DNA of 64,000 nt, taken from NCBI RefSeq assembly GCF_006345805.1, contig NC_043005.1, positions 17,856,001 to 17,920,000 of the forward strand. The letters are read 5' to 3'. How positions within the stretch are numbered: the stretch's first letter is position 1; every line of letters starts with the position of its first letter. The notes under the pieces were generated by a model. That model searched no databases. It was not told the DNA's origin and saw only the letters and a program-made list of their open reading frames with translations. Positions 41,336 to 54,412 of this stretch are shown here, piece after piece. The DNA comes from Octopus sinensis (taxonomy: Eukaryota). Position numbers and translations under genes: made by a program.

Positions 41336-42960
41336 TATTCTTTTATTCTTTTAATGGTTTCAGTCGACGGACTACAGCCATGCTGGAGCATTACCTTAAT
41401 TCTTTTTTTTTTTACTTTTATCGTCACTTTATCATTGAAAGTTGGTCAATGATCGAGTTTGTAGTTGCTTATCTCCCCTGAATGTATCCTTGAATGGTTT
41501 GTTGGTCCGGTATCGTCGTTAGGAGTTCATCTAATTCTTTTTTGAAAGTTTCAGTAGAATCCCTTTTATATTTCTAATTTCTTTGGGTAAGCAGTTGAAT
41601 ACTTGAGGACCTCTGACTGGTAAAGTGTTTTTGCTCGTGAGTTTGAAGATGACATATCTGGAAGCTGACAGTATCTACCAGTTCGAGCATTAAAATTCGC
41701 TTTAATGCTGATGTTTGGAACATGCCCCTCCAGGATCTTCCATACGTATATAATAGTATATCTTTCTTTTCGGCGTTCAAGAGCGTAGAGACGCAAAGCT
41801 TTCAGGCGTTCCTAGTAATTAAGGCCATTAACCGAAATTATTTTACTGGTGAATGTTTTTTGTAACCCTTTAATTTCTAAAGTGAGACCGAGTGAATTTG
41901 GAGATCAAAGCTGTGAGCAGTAATCTAATCTGCTCTGAACTAAGGTTTTTCCATAGAGTTAACATAATTAACGGTTCTCTTGTCGTGAAGCTTCGTAGGA
42001 TCCATGCTATGAAATGTCTGCATTTAGAGGTCAGTTTGGTGATGAGACTGATGGAAGATGAATAATTCGACATGATTATTCCTAAGTCTCGTATATCGTC
42101 AGTGCTGTGAATCATTGTATTATTCCGGCGTCAAATATTGAGATTTAAGTCTATTCCCTCCATAATGAAGGGCCTGAAATTTTGATGTATTAAATTCCAT
42201 ATTATTTTTATCCGCCCATTGATAAATAATGTTTAGGTCATTTTGGAGTGAGATGGCATCTTCTGGAGTTTGGATAGCCGTTGATATTTTTGTGTTGTCG
42301 GTGTAACTCATTAGGTTGGCCGATTGCACTTGAGAGCTTATGCCTGATAGGGTTATGGTAAATAACAATGGTCCTAGAACCGTACCCTGAAGTATACCAC
42401 TTATTACGGGTGATGTGGCTGAGAGTTAACCGTTTGCAGCAACAGAATGATTCCTTCCCCGTAGGAAGTCAAAGAGCCATTATCCGAGTTTTCCTATGAT
42501 GCCAAGATCCCTCATCCTATTACAGATGATTCCATAATCAATCTTGTCAAACGCTTTAGCAAAATCAAAGTATATGTAGTCAGTGTCCTTCCCATCCAGA
42601 AGATTATTGAGGATAGTGTTATGGTGTTGTAATAGTTGTGCCAGTCCGAAAACCATGCTGTGTATTATTTAAGAGGTTGTTTTCCTCAAGATACGCAGTT
42701 ATTCTTTTTCAGACAATGCGTTCTACAATTTTAGATGTGTGAGATGTGAGACAAACAGTTCTGTAATTTTTAGCTTCACCCCTGCTACCTTCTTTATGGA
42801 TAGGTATTACTGTTGCTTCTGTCAATAGTTCTGGGAATATGCCCTCCATAATGAACTATTGGCTTTTGAAATAACCACTGTTTTCGCAAGTTTACAATAG
42901 TATGGTTGGGAGACCATCTGGTCCTGGTGTTGAATTTGGATCACGACGCACAAACGCAAT
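41336..42960 (-). mobile_element. 5'-truncated CR1/L2-group LINE (RT pseudogene plus 3' end)
   Basis: STPGPDG, TVIPIHKEGS..AKNYRTVCLTSH, YFDFAKAFDKI, PVISGILQGTVLGPLLF, YTDNTKI, RLYALERRKERYTIIYVWKILEGHVPN; tail at 41336-41397. Confidence 0.85.
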
Positions 42961-42965
42961 GTAAG

Positions 42966-43267
42966 TGTTTTGCTTGTTCACTACGCTGCGCCGTAGCGCG
43001 GTAGGGATGACTCCCTCAAGATACTGGGTCTTAAAACAACTATTTTGTGTACGTTTATTAAAACCGCTCCTGGTTCAATTCAGGTACATGAGATATTGAT
43101 AAGCCAGAAAAATAGCGAAATATCGACAACTTATCACCCCTGAATGGGTTTAGGGGTGAGTTGTCTATGTCGTCTGTCTATAAATTCCAGGTGTTTGAAC
43201 AGCCAGTGGTTTGAGGATGTCAGCCCCACTGTGCTAAACTGCGGAGAACCGGCGAACAAGCAAAACA
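42966..43267. mobile_element. 302-bp TG...CA unit with 14-bp terminal inverted repeat (solo LTR or small TIR element)
   Basis: TGTTTTGCTTGTTC / GAACAAGCAAAACA; no clean TSD. Confidence 0.45.
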
Positions 43268-43339
43268 TATACATTGTGTATGTGTGGTAGATAACGTTTA
43301 CAATACTAGCACTGCTTCTAATTCACAATTGAATATATA

Positions 43340-43382
<43 letters not shown>

Positions 43383-43659
43383 ACACACACACACACACAC
43401 CACACACACACACACACACATATATGTATTTATATAGGTATGTATGTATTATATATGAATGTATGTACATATGGATGTATGCATATAGTATTAATAATAA
43501 TATAGAAAATGCTATTTGGTATATGTTTTATAGACTATACACGTATTTCAGTAAATGGACATTGCTAAAACACTTACAACATGTACAGTGAGAACAATAC
43601 GATAGAGAGAAAAATTAATCACGATGCTACTTCGTTAGCTGTGTGGGTCTTATTATTTT

Positions 43660-44070
43660 ATAGATCTAATGTGATGTTTAAAATGAGACGTCTCTTGTGT
43701 GTAAGCATTGAGGATCAGATCAATGCATAGTACCGATAAGGACGATTATCATTAAAAAAATAACAACAAAAGCTTGTTTGATAATTTTTCAGAAATAAAG
43801 AAGATGAAATTTCCAATGAAAAAACTTGTCTGGTTAGTTAACGATAGTTTGAAAAGTTTAAAAAGCGCTTAAATTACCACAACATAGAATTGACTGCTGA
43901 TGCAAAGAATGCTGCTAATAACACTGAGCAGCTGAAAACACTGATTGCCAAAGGAAGATGCACACCAGAGCAAGTAAACAGTGTTGATGAAACTGCACTC
44001 TTCTAAAAGCTCATGCCTGCTACTACTAAGATTTAAAGCCCCTATTCGTGTATCACTTTGAATTTAGGTC
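43660..44070 (+). pseudogene. Tigger/pogo transposase N-terminal remnant
   Basis: KSLFDNF, FEKFKKRLNYHNIELT, LKTLIAKGRCTPEQVNSVDETALF*KLMP. Confidence 0.7.
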
Positions 44071-44354
44071 GACTTGATGAGATTTCATATGACATTAAAG
44101 TTTTTACCCTACCCTCGTCATATATAACTTGTTTGTTCAATTCTATACATATTTTCACTTCTTCACGTAGCTCCTCCTTTTCTAACAACTATAACTTCAA
44201 CACTATACATCTGTAACCTTCAAAATTATAATTACCGGCACTGATGAAGGATTCTCTGAATCAACTTCACATTTCAGACAGAAACATGTGTTCATTTCCT
44301 TCCAGACACTCTCCTTCAGCGTCAGTTAATCCTCATACAGGAAGCGAGTGAAAG

Positions 44355-44670
44355 TAATGTCAGAAAACAGCACAGCTCCCATGACTTCAGGAAACATTTT
44401 TTCACGCTGAGAGTTGCTGAAGCATGGAACAAACTGCCGGCATCAGTTGTTAGTTGTCGGAGCACTGCATCCTTCAAAACTTCCATGCTTTCTGAGATTC
44501 GCCAACACTACACCTGATTTTCTCCCCTCCATACACACACAGGCTTGTATCTGACTCATACATTGTTCGCTTTCCAGACATTTTTACATTACTGCATGTA
44601 CTTTATATGCACTTTCTGACAAGTTGTGGTGCACCTGAGCACTGTATACAATAATTTCATTATTATTATT
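44355..44670 (+). mobile_element. CR1/L2-group LINE 3' end (second family)
   Basis: FRKHFFTLRVAEAWNKLPASVVSCRSTASFK..* followed by a 3' UTR and (ATT)n tail. Confidence 0.75.
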
Positions 44671-45891
44671 TTAATATAATATTTCTTAACTTTGTTATTC
44701 CAGAATGCAACGAACGTATTGCAAATGTGAGGTAACAACTGATCTCCTTTATCTATAACGAGGGCGTGATTACTAAAGGAGTCACGTGGTTTTGAACAAG
44801 GGATACTGTTGTTGCAAGATCCCATCCAAATTTCATTTTTCAATTGTTATGCAATCAAGAACTGTGATAAAACAACGCCTTTTCAATGTCCTAATACTTT
44901 AACAAATGCTCCTCGTATAATTATGGTTTGTATTAATTAAATTAAATAAAATCAAAGACGTCCTTGATGTGTAATTATTGACTGAATTTTGCTAGATTAA
45001 CATCGGTTTATAGCTTCAAACGACTTTATAATGCAAATCAAGTGGACATTGTTAATAAATGAGACCCCAACTGATACTTCATTAGACCTCCTCTCTTGAG
45101 TCTCTGTACCCCTCTTTGTGTGTCTATCTCTCTATTAGTATGATTAAGTTACAGTCTCTGTGTCTCTCTCGTCTTTATTTGCATTATTTCTCTTGATGAG
45201 ATTTATAGAGACTGAAGCGTAATGAATTAAAATCGAAATTTCCTTTTATACATATCTGTGTCTCTATCCCTCTATACCTCTCTGTCTGTCTTCCTCTTTC
45301 AATGAATGTCAGTCTCCTTGTTTGTATGATACTGTACCTGTCTATCTGTCTCCCTTTATCTATCTATCATCTTTATTTAAATTACTTCTCTTGATGAGAA
45401 GTAGAGAGATCGGGCTATAATGAATTAAAACCTGAATTTCCTCTTATATGTAATTAGTTTCATGAATCATTCCAAATTATTTATCCTGGAGTTCTAGAGA
45501 TAAACTAGATGTCATTTTACATGTTTGTCATCTCCATCGCAGTTGCTGTCTATAAGATTCATTAGTATTTAAACGGAGATAAAATGACTTAGTGGTCGCA
45601 GCATATGATCATCAATACGTGAGTCATGCATTCCTATTTATTACTGATGTACAGATATTTCCTTGAGTTGTTGTTTATCGCAGGTCAGCTTTGATCAAGC
45701 AGCCACGTAATCAACAACCCCTCAATCCATAGTTATCCGCCAATCTATGTTTTTAAACTCAGTATATCTAGCACCACAGCTCAACTGTATACCTCTTATT
45801 TTAAGCACGTGCTTTGAGAAAGATTTAGCACTTACTTCTAGTAAGTTGAGCGACCATTTGGAGGTTCTCTCGGTGTTTAGAAAAAATAACT

Positions 45892-45984
45892 TGCCCCTAC
45901 AGGAGACTTGAACCCGTGACTCTTAGATAACATATAACGGCACAACGTAAAATTCCGATGTTCTATTGTTTGAGTTAAGAGGGA
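45892..45984 (-). tRNA. decayed tRNA-Lys(TTT)-like pseudogene with 19-nt intron
   Basis: TCCCTCTTAACTCAAACAATAGAACATCGGAATTTTA[CGTTGTGCCGTTATATGTT]ATCTAAGAGTCACGGGTTCAAGTCTCCTGTAGGGGCA aligns to tRNA-Lys(UUU); a T6 run follows. Confidence 0.6.
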
Positions 45985-46499
45985 AAGACATTTGATAAGT
46001 CGCCTCTAGAGAGGGCAGTTAATTAACTTCAACATGATGTTCTAAGTTCACTTAGAACATAAAATATACACAAATTCTATTTGTATCTGTTAGCTTCGCC
46101 TTCAATAGAATGTTGCCCAGCTCGAAATTGAGAATATCAATCGTTTAATCTCTCAACACTTCAGTTCTGTCTAAAGTTGACGTATTTATTATTCCTTGGT
46201 TTTTGTAAAGGCACTCCTTCAATTGAATTCAACAATACAACAAGAAATTGAGTATCAGCTTACCAATATGATAAGTTTATGCAAATCAGATATCCTTCTG
46301 GTGATTTAAACGGACAATTAGTAATGATCACAAACAGCAAAGACATCCATAAAAAAACAGCAACAACAATGATTAGAAACACAGCCAACACAATCACAAA
46401 ATAGCAAACAACAAATTGGATACAGTACATACATGCATGTGGTTCTCCTAGTCGCTGCAGCTATAATGGTGGATGTAATCATTCCTTTATTATATACTC

Positions 46500-46906
46500 T
46501 TTACTCTTTTACTCTTTTACTTGTTTCAGTCAGTTGACTGCGGCCATGCTGGAGCACCGCCTTTAGTCGAGCAAATCGACCCCGGGACTTATTCTTTGTA
46601 AGCCCAGTACTTATTCTATCGGTCTCTTTTGCCGAACCGCTAAGTGACGGGGACTTAAACACACCAGCATCGGTTGTCAAGCAATGCTAGAGGGACAAAC
46701 ACAGACACACAAACATATACATACATATACATATATATACATATATACGACAGGCGTCTTTCAGTTTCCGTCTACCAAATCCACTCACAAGGCTTTGGTC
46801 GGCCCGAAGCTATAGCAGAAGACACTTGCCCAAGATGCCACGCAGTCGGACTGAACCCAGAACCATGTGGTTAGTAGGCAAGCTACTTACCACACAGCCA
46901 CTCCTG
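46500..46906 (-). mobile_element. S1 SINE, full length
   Basis: Minus strand AGGAGTGGCTGTGTGGTAAG (A box), GGGTTCAGTCC (B box), CORE-like segment, tail GGCGGTGCTCCAGCATGGCCGCAGTCAACTGACTGAAACAAG(TAAAAGAG)n. Confidence 0.9.
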
Positions 46907-47442
46907 AGGCGGGATAAGAAATTTGAATTTGAAATTAAGGAATTATAAGCAAAAAGATGCATAGACTTCACACATTAAATTTTTTCTTAACCCATTAAGA
47001 AGTTTTAAAAGTTTCAATTCGTACTTTAACAATTCGTCGACATTCAGCGTTTTACATGTAAATACTTTTGTGTAATTACTCTGCTTATGAAGAACGTAAG
47101 ATATAGCCTTAGTTTACCGTTATATCTTTATATTTACACGTTAATATGCTGAATATATGCATATATGTATATATCTATATATATATATGTACACACATAC
47201 ATACACACATATCGTTATTTGTGAAGTAAGGCTACCATTGGGTTCATGTTGAGAAGAGTAGGAAAATATCCAAGTGTCTTAACTTTTCAAGCCAAAATTA
47301 TGAAGACACTATGATATTTTTTCCTACTTTTCTTAACATGAAACCAATGGTAGACTTACTTGACAAATAAAGAAATTACATGCACCATTGCGATGCTGAG
47401 CACTCATTTTCATCGTTCGACATTTACGTATATATATATATA

Positions 47443-48189
47443 TATAAGAATGAATGTTTTTATATATAATGAACGTGAAATACAGGAAGGGACGAACACG
47501 GAACACAGACAAATCATTCGAAGCCTTCAATCTTCAGTCAGACACCGAATCATCATAGCAAATTTCGGCTGTTCAATTCTGATATTTGCTCCAACTCGGC
47601 CAGCCCCAAGAAAAAAAACTAAGCTGTAAGCATTAGATTTCTTGGTAGAAGACAGGAATGTGAACGCACAAGACGGATGTGAATACAAGAGACGAAAACG
47701 AAATTGAAAACAGTAATGAATAAACAAAATATATATAACGGTGGTTGTCATACGACTTTAGACCAAATGAGACAAAACAACAACAACATAGCAGCTGGCG
47801 TAGAAATAATTACCGTTTCGGTAGCGGGGACACATGTTGGTCGAGATACGAAGGCCAACAGAATGGTTGAAGAAGCAGCAGGTCGCAGGAGAGAGAGAAA
47901 GAGAGACAGAGAGAGAGGGAATCAAAGAGGGTGGAAGGCAGGGGACAGAATCAGTGACCAAGAGAGAAGGAGAAAGAAGGGATTAAGGAGGATGGGAGGA
48001 AGAGGGGAGGAGGATGGGAGGAAGAATCGGAGGGCGCCAAAAAGTTTGGTGAAGAAGCAATGGCGGGTAGTAAAAGACAGTGTGTATAGAAGTCGTGCAG
48101 GGTTTAAAATTGGACAAACAAACGGGGGGGGGGTGCACGTAACGCCGCAATAATATAAGAATGAATGTTTTTATATATAATGAACGTGA
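47443..48189. mobile_element. 747-bp unit with 36-bp direct terminal repeats, in TA-rich flanks
   Basis: TATAAGAATGAATGTTTTTATATATAATGAACGTGA at 47443-47478 and 48154-48189. Confidence 0.6.
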
Positions 48190-48384
48190 TATATATATTT
48201 ATAGTAATAATTTCTATTTTGGTTAATATAGTGATAATTTCTGACATAGCTTATATGATAATAATTTCTGTCTGGTGAAAATAACTAAAAAAGCTAGAAC
48301 CAAAATCGTTATAAAACCCGACTGTGAATTACGGTTTGTTTCGAAATTGCTACACCGATTTAATAATTGTTTAAAAGTTTAGCA

Positions 48385-48975
48385 CACGAAGGATTTGAAC
48401 TTAGTACGTAAAGAGCTAGAAGAAATGCCGCTAAGAATTTGGCCCGACAAGCTTACGACTCTGCTTGCTCGTCGCCTTCCTCCTGCAGTGCTTTTTAATC
48501 TTGACATAAAGCTAATCACTTTTAATGGGTGGGGTTAGGCGATTACATCGACTCCCCAGTGCTCAACTGGCACTTATTTTATCGACCCCGAAAGGAAAAG
48601 TTGACCTCCGTGGAATTTGAACTCAGAACCTAAAGACGGACGAAACAACGATAAGAATGTTATCCGTCATGTTAACGATCTTGTCAGTTCGCTGCCTTCC
48701 TACGATTTGTTAATGAGATAATTTACTAATCTATGTTAGCGATGTGGTTCATGTAATCAATATATTATTAGCTTCTTATGTACATGCTTTTGTTTTCATC
48801 ATAATTAATAATTATTGCAGACTCTTTACTAATCCTGTCGAGGTTAATCTTGCCTTTCATTACTTCATTGGTCGAATAAAAAAAAGTACCTGTCAAGTGC
48901 AGGGATCTTTGATATCGTCTGCTTCTCCCCCTCTGAAAACTGCTAACCTTCTGTCTAAATCAGAAACTATTAATA
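48385..48975. mobile_element. three degenerate S2-B SINE fragments (about 48385-48480 minus, 48500-48698 minus, 48830-48975 plus)
   Basis: GGAATTTGAACTCAGAAC, TTGCCTTTCAT and GCTCGTCGCC motifs. Confidence 0.55.
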
Positions 48976-50217
48976 ATTAGTTTTCAAAACCTGCAACTTT
49001 GGCTTTCGTTTCTTTGGGATTGGCAAAGTAAAGTTCCCACAACTACTAGGGTCGCCTTAAGAGACATTTTCTCATCTCTCCATTAATTTTATGTTAGAGT
49101 CAATTATTAATAAATAGCTGAATATAGCTTAGCCGCTAAAAGATTCATGCACTGTATTTTTGAAATTAAAACAATTATATTTTAATATTGATGTCTGCAT
49201 ACATTCTAACAATGTTCCTGCACACAAGAACGTGAAAATGATTTTTACTGAAGGGTGTTGTATTAGAGAATGACGTCTTTCAGTAGACGATGTATGTAAA
49301 CAATAATTTTGCTTAAATGAATATAATTGGACTGCAAGACACTGCTATTTCGGCGTAACTGTCACCTCTTCAGTGGTAGACACTACCAAGTCTTTTAAAG
49401 CTAAATTGAAGCTACTGCTTCTCTCTTTAGAAAACAACAAACAAAACATTTGCTGATGCATGAGGTGATTTGTCGAGCTGAGATTAAATTTTTACGAGGA
49501 CAGTGAGAATCAAAACATCGATACACGCTCCTACACTTTAGAATTTAGAAATGGCTCTTCGCTATAGAATATCGTATCGGAGAATAACTTCTCACTATAG
49601 GTGATGTGTGTAAGCAAAGTACAAGGGACAGGGTGAGCTCTTAAGATGTGGTGTTTTCGACATAATTGCCGCTCGTGCTTTGTCCGCTTATATCTCTGGA
49701 GCAAGTGTTTTTATTTTCACACATCCTCCATGAGAAGGGGTTTACTGATACGACAGCTTATAGTTAAGAACCATTTTTCTCGTTCGAGTGTCCCATGGAG
49801 CAAATGTGCTTTTTAACACACATCGTCTGCAAGGAGATGTCTTTCTGCTATACAATACTCTACAGCAAAGCATCATCGAGTGTGCAGAAAGGTGATAATG
49901 AAACCATCAATATTCTAATTCTCTCGCTATTTTGCATGACTGCAATAATTAAATCTAAAATTACGGTTTATAATCCTGTTTTTGTGTAGCCCTTGGTGAA
50001 ATGCTTTAAAAAACTTAAGCATTTAAATTCGGATCACAATTTGCTACATCTTTTAACGCTTTAATGTTTTAATTCATTAAGGGTTTAAATACTTTATTTG
50101 GTCGATATTATTGAAGGAAGCGACTCCGATTTAATTATGTAATTTTCATAATACATAATATACATTTTTATTAGCTTTAAATTCATCGGAGTCCTTACCA
50201 GTTTAATGGATGAGTAA

Positions 50218-50379
50218 TTATCCATTGGATAATGATGATGATGAGGATGATGACGACGATAATGACGATGACGATGATGACAATAAAGATGGTTTATGGT
50301 TAAACCTTATTTGATAAGTATTACTATTTCATTAACCAATAATTTTATTAAATTCATATCAGTGATTATCCGTTGGATA

Positions 50380-50415
<36 letters not shown>

Positions 50416-50517
50416 CTGACGACGATGACGACGATGATGACGATGACGATGGTTTATGGTTAAACCTTATTTGATAAGTGTTACTATTTCATTAACCAAT
50501 AATTTTATTAAATTTAT
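50218..50517. repeat. ~150-bp tandem duplication containing (GAT)n
   Basis: TTATCC.TTGGATAATGATG...GATGGTTTATGGTTAAACCTTATTTGATAAG...TTTTATTAAATT occurs twice. Confidence 0.85.
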
Positions 50518-50573
50518 ATTTTACGGTTATTGCTGATCGAAAAATTTTATACGTTTTACTTGATGGTGATAAC

Positions 50574-50627
<54 letters not shown>

Positions 50628-50633
50628 AATAAA

Positions 50634-50691
<58 letters not shown>

Positions 50692-50692
<1 letters not shown>

Positions 50693-51083
50693 GATCATGA
50701 AGAAAAAAAATGCTTTCTAATTGATGTATCAATACCGGCAGATGACAACGTGTCTCTAAAAGAAATGGAGAAACTCTCAAAATACAAAGACCTGGAAATA
50801 GAGGTAACTAGAATGTGGAACCTGAAAACAGAAACAATTCCTATCATAGTAGGTGCATTAGGCATGATAAAAAAATATTCAGACAAATACATAACAAAAA
50901 CACCAGGACTTACAAACACATATAACATTCAGAAAATTGCACTACTAGGCACTGCACACATCCTACGCAGAACACTTTCCATACAATAACCATCAGAGCA
51001 TCACAACAAATCACAGCACATACCCAAGGCACACAGAGCTGCGCTCGGTAGTGAAGTGAAAGCACGCTATAAAAATAAAACTA

Positions 51084-51086
<3 letters not shown>
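50692..51086 (+). mobile_element. Dong 3' fragment in (TAA)n
   Basis: Nearly identical to the 3' part of 17057-18167. Confidence 0.92.
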
Positions 51087-51165
<79 letters not shown>

Positions 51166-51194
51166 GTAATAACTATAAAAATAATAATTATAAT

Positions 51195-51390
51195 CCTTTC
51201 TACTATAGGTACAAGGCTTGAAATTTGTGGGAGGGGACTAGTTGATTACACCGATCCCAGTGTTTCACTCGTACTTAATTTATTGACCCCGAAAGGATGA
51301 AAGGCAAGTTTGAACTCAGAACATAAAGACGGACGAAATGCCGCGGAGCATTTTGCTCCGAGTGCTAACGATTCTGCCAGTTCACCGCCT
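51195..51390 (-). mobile_element. S2-B SINE
   Basis: GGTACAAGGCTTGAAATTTG...CCCCGAAAGGATGAAAGGCAAG...GATTCTGCCAGTTCACCGCC. Confidence 0.7.
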
Positions 51391-51402
51391 TAATAATGGT
51401 GG

Positions 51403-51439
<37 letters not shown>

Positions 51440-51440
51440 A

Positions 51441-51478
<38 letters not shown>

Positions 51479-51487
51479 AATAATAAT

Positions 51488-52009
51488 GTACTTGACAGAG
51501 CAAAAAAGTGGTACGAACATAAAACCGAAGGCATCATCGAAAATAATAATGCAAAAATCCTATGAGATTTTAATGATTCAGTGTGACCATGAGATAGAAA
51601 ATAGGAAACCAGACATAGTGTTAATTGAGAAAGAAAGCAAACGGTACTGTATCATAGATATAACATACCCAGATAACAACAAGGTATGCGATAAGGAAGA
51701 AAGAAAAGTCGATAGATATGAAAGGTTAGCTTGGGAAGTTAAGCAGTTGTGGTCGTTGAAAAAGGTGGTAGTAGTACCAAAAATTGTCGGGGCCCTGGCA
51801 ACAGAGAGTAATGATCTTGAGAAGTATATGGAAGAAATAGGGGCTGCAATAAGGGTGGAGCACTTGCAGAAAACAACAATGTTTGAAACCACTCCAATAC
51901 TCCGAAAAGTTCTCGAAAAATAAAAGATGTTACCTTCGTTCACTGGTAGTGAACAGCTGACACCGTAGTATATCTCCAGTGTTAGAAGCTGTGCGAAGAC
52001 AATGAAATG

Positions 52010-52010
<1 letters not shown>
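51488..52010 (+). mobile_element. second, divergent Dong/R4 family 3' fragment (REL)
   Basis: KWYEHKTEGIIEN..KIL*DFMIQCDHEIENRKPDIVLIEK..CIIDIT..KVDRYERL..VVVPKIVGALA..LRKVLEK*; lies between (GAT)n(TAA)n and (TAA)n. Confidence 0.8.
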
Positions 52011-52060
<50 letters not shown>

Positions 52061-52061
<1 letters not shown>

Positions 52062-52296
52062 GTAGGTGCATTAGGCATGATAAAAAAATATTCAGACAAA
52101 TACATAACAAAAACACCAGGACTTACAAACACATATAACATACAGAAAATTGCACTACTAGGCACTGCACACATCCTACACAGAACACTTTCCATACAAT
52201 AACCATCAGAGCATCACAACAAATCACAGCACATACCCAAGGCACACAGAGCTGCGCTCGGTAGTGAAGTGAAAGCACGCTATAAAAATAAAACTA

Positions 52297-52299
<3 letters not shown>
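52061..52299 (+). mobile_element. Dong 3' fragment
   Basis: AGTAGGTGCATTAGGCATG...AAAACTACTG in (TAA)n. Confidence 0.9.
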
Positions 52300-52335
<36 letters not shown>

Positions 52336-52342
52336 TATAATA

Positions 52343-52891
52343 GATGCAGTACCAGGCAGTGGCTCTCGTGGCTCCTGATCTTAACTGATTAGAAGTGTTA
52401 TCATGTACATTGTTTTGTCTTTGTATAAAAGATGGGCTACAGCAAATATTCTGCTCAATACCACAGATTTGCTTGTCAATTGTTTAATCTTAACCAGTTG
52501 AGCATGTCCTTTAGTGGCTGACGATATGTGCATCTCTGATCACGAGCAGAAGTAGTGGGAGAGCATCATAGCCATGTGTTGAGAGGGACTCTTTGGGGTT
52601 TGAATAATTCATGTTTGGAAACATGGGTGTTTCGTTCAATATCCTTAAACAATCCTTATTCAGGGACCTTTTGAGCGGGATGGGCTACTCGACCAGAAAA
52701 AAATTCTAACTGGGCCCCACCTGCAAGGTCATGCGCTGTTTATCTTGATATGAGATCACCATGTCGCGCACATATGGTTGTGATGCATGTGCCTGGTGTA
52801 CCCTTATCAGACGGATAGTCATGATGGGTATGCTGGGCTTCGTATATTTTACCCCAGTGTCACTTTGATGGCATGCACCTATCTCTCACTG
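52343..52891 (+). mobile_element. non-coding ~550-bp (TAA)n-inserted element (T550)
   Basis: GATGCAGTACCAGGCAGTGGCTCTC...CTCTCACTG; copies at 53865 and 55625. Confidence 0.8.
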
Positions 52892-53337
52892 AATAATAAT
52901 AATAATCAATAAATAATTAATAAATAATTTTATTTAATTAATTATTAATTATTATTTATTTATTCATTCATGAATTTATTTATTTATTAATTTTTAAATA
53001 CATATTTTACCTGTGAATTTGTGTGTGTAATCTGGGAATGCATACAATGAGCTTCTGTGCCCTAGGTATACGGAAAACAGTCGGCGAGAAACGGAAGAAA
53101 ATTTGAAGAAAGAAGGAAAAAAAATAATAGTTTCAAATTTTGGCACAAGTAAGCAATTTTGGGGTGGGATAGTCGATTAAATCGACCCCAATACTCAACT
53201 GGTACTTATTTTATTTATCCCCAAAAGATGAAAAGCAAAGTCGACTTCGGCGGAATGTGAACTCAGAATTCAAAGACGGATGATATACCATTAAGCACTT
53301 TTCCTAACGTTTAATCGATGATACCAGCTCACCACCG

Positions 53338-53418
<81 letters not shown>

Positions 53419-53574
53419 TGATGATGATGATAATAATATAATAATAATAATAATAATAATATAATAATAATGATAATAATAATAATAATGATAATAACAA
53501 CAACAACAACACAACAACAACAACAACAACAACAACAATAATAATAAATAATAATAATAATAATAATAATAATA

Positions 53575-53809
53575 AGTAGGTGCATTAGGCATGAAAAAAA
53601 ATATTCAGACAAATACATAACAAAAACACCAGGACTTACAAACACATATAACATACAGAAAATTGCACTACTAGGCACTGCACACATCCTACACAGAACA
53701 CTTTCCATACAATAACCATCAGAGCATCACAACAAATCACAGCACATACCCAAGGCACACAGAGCTGCGCTCGGTAGTGAAGTGAAAGCACGCTATAAAA
53801 ATAAAACTA

Positions 53810-53812
<3 letters not shown>
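53575..53812 (+). mobile_element. Dong 3' fragment (duplicated unit)
   Basis: Same as 52061-52299. Confidence 0.9.
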
Positions 53813-53857
<45 letters not shown>

Positions 53858-53864
53858 TATAATA

Positions 53865-54412
53865 GATGCAGTACCAGGCAGTGGCTCTCGTGGCTCCTGA
53901 TCTTAACTGATTAGAAGTGTTATCATGTACATTGTTTTGTCTTTGTATAAAAGATGGGCTACAGCAAATATTCTGCTCAATACCACAGATTGCTTGTCAA
54001 TTGTTTAATCTTAACCAGTTGAGCATGTCCTTTAGTGGCTGACGATATGTGCATCTCTGATCACGAGCAGAAGTAGTGGGAGAGCATCATAGCCATGTGT
54101 TGAGAGGGATTCTTTGGGGTTTGAATAATTCATGTTTGGAAACATGGGTGTTTCGTTCAATATCCTTAAACAATCCTTATTCAGGGACCTTTTGAGCGGG
54201 ATGGGCTACTCGACCTGAAGAAAATTCTAACTGGGCCCCACCTGCAAGGTCATGCGCTGTTTATCTTGATATGAGATCACCATGTCGCGCACATATGGTT
54301 GTGATGCATGTGCCTGGTGTACCCTTATCAGACGGATAGTCATGATGGGTATGCTGGGCTTCGTATATTTTACCCCAGTGTCACTTTGATGGCATGCACC
54401 TATCTCTCACTG
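53865..54412 (+). mobile_element. T550 element (duplicated unit)
   Basis: Near-identical to 52343-52891. Confidence 0.8.

Noticed and set aside
44238-44295. CTGATGAAGG...GAAACATGTGTT hammerhead-like motif
   Set aside because: Stems I and II do not close; at best a decayed relic.
47704-48153. 149-aa ORF (likewise 55173-55475 and 61029-61653)
   Set aside because: They lie within repeat or low-complexity units and have no recognisable domain.
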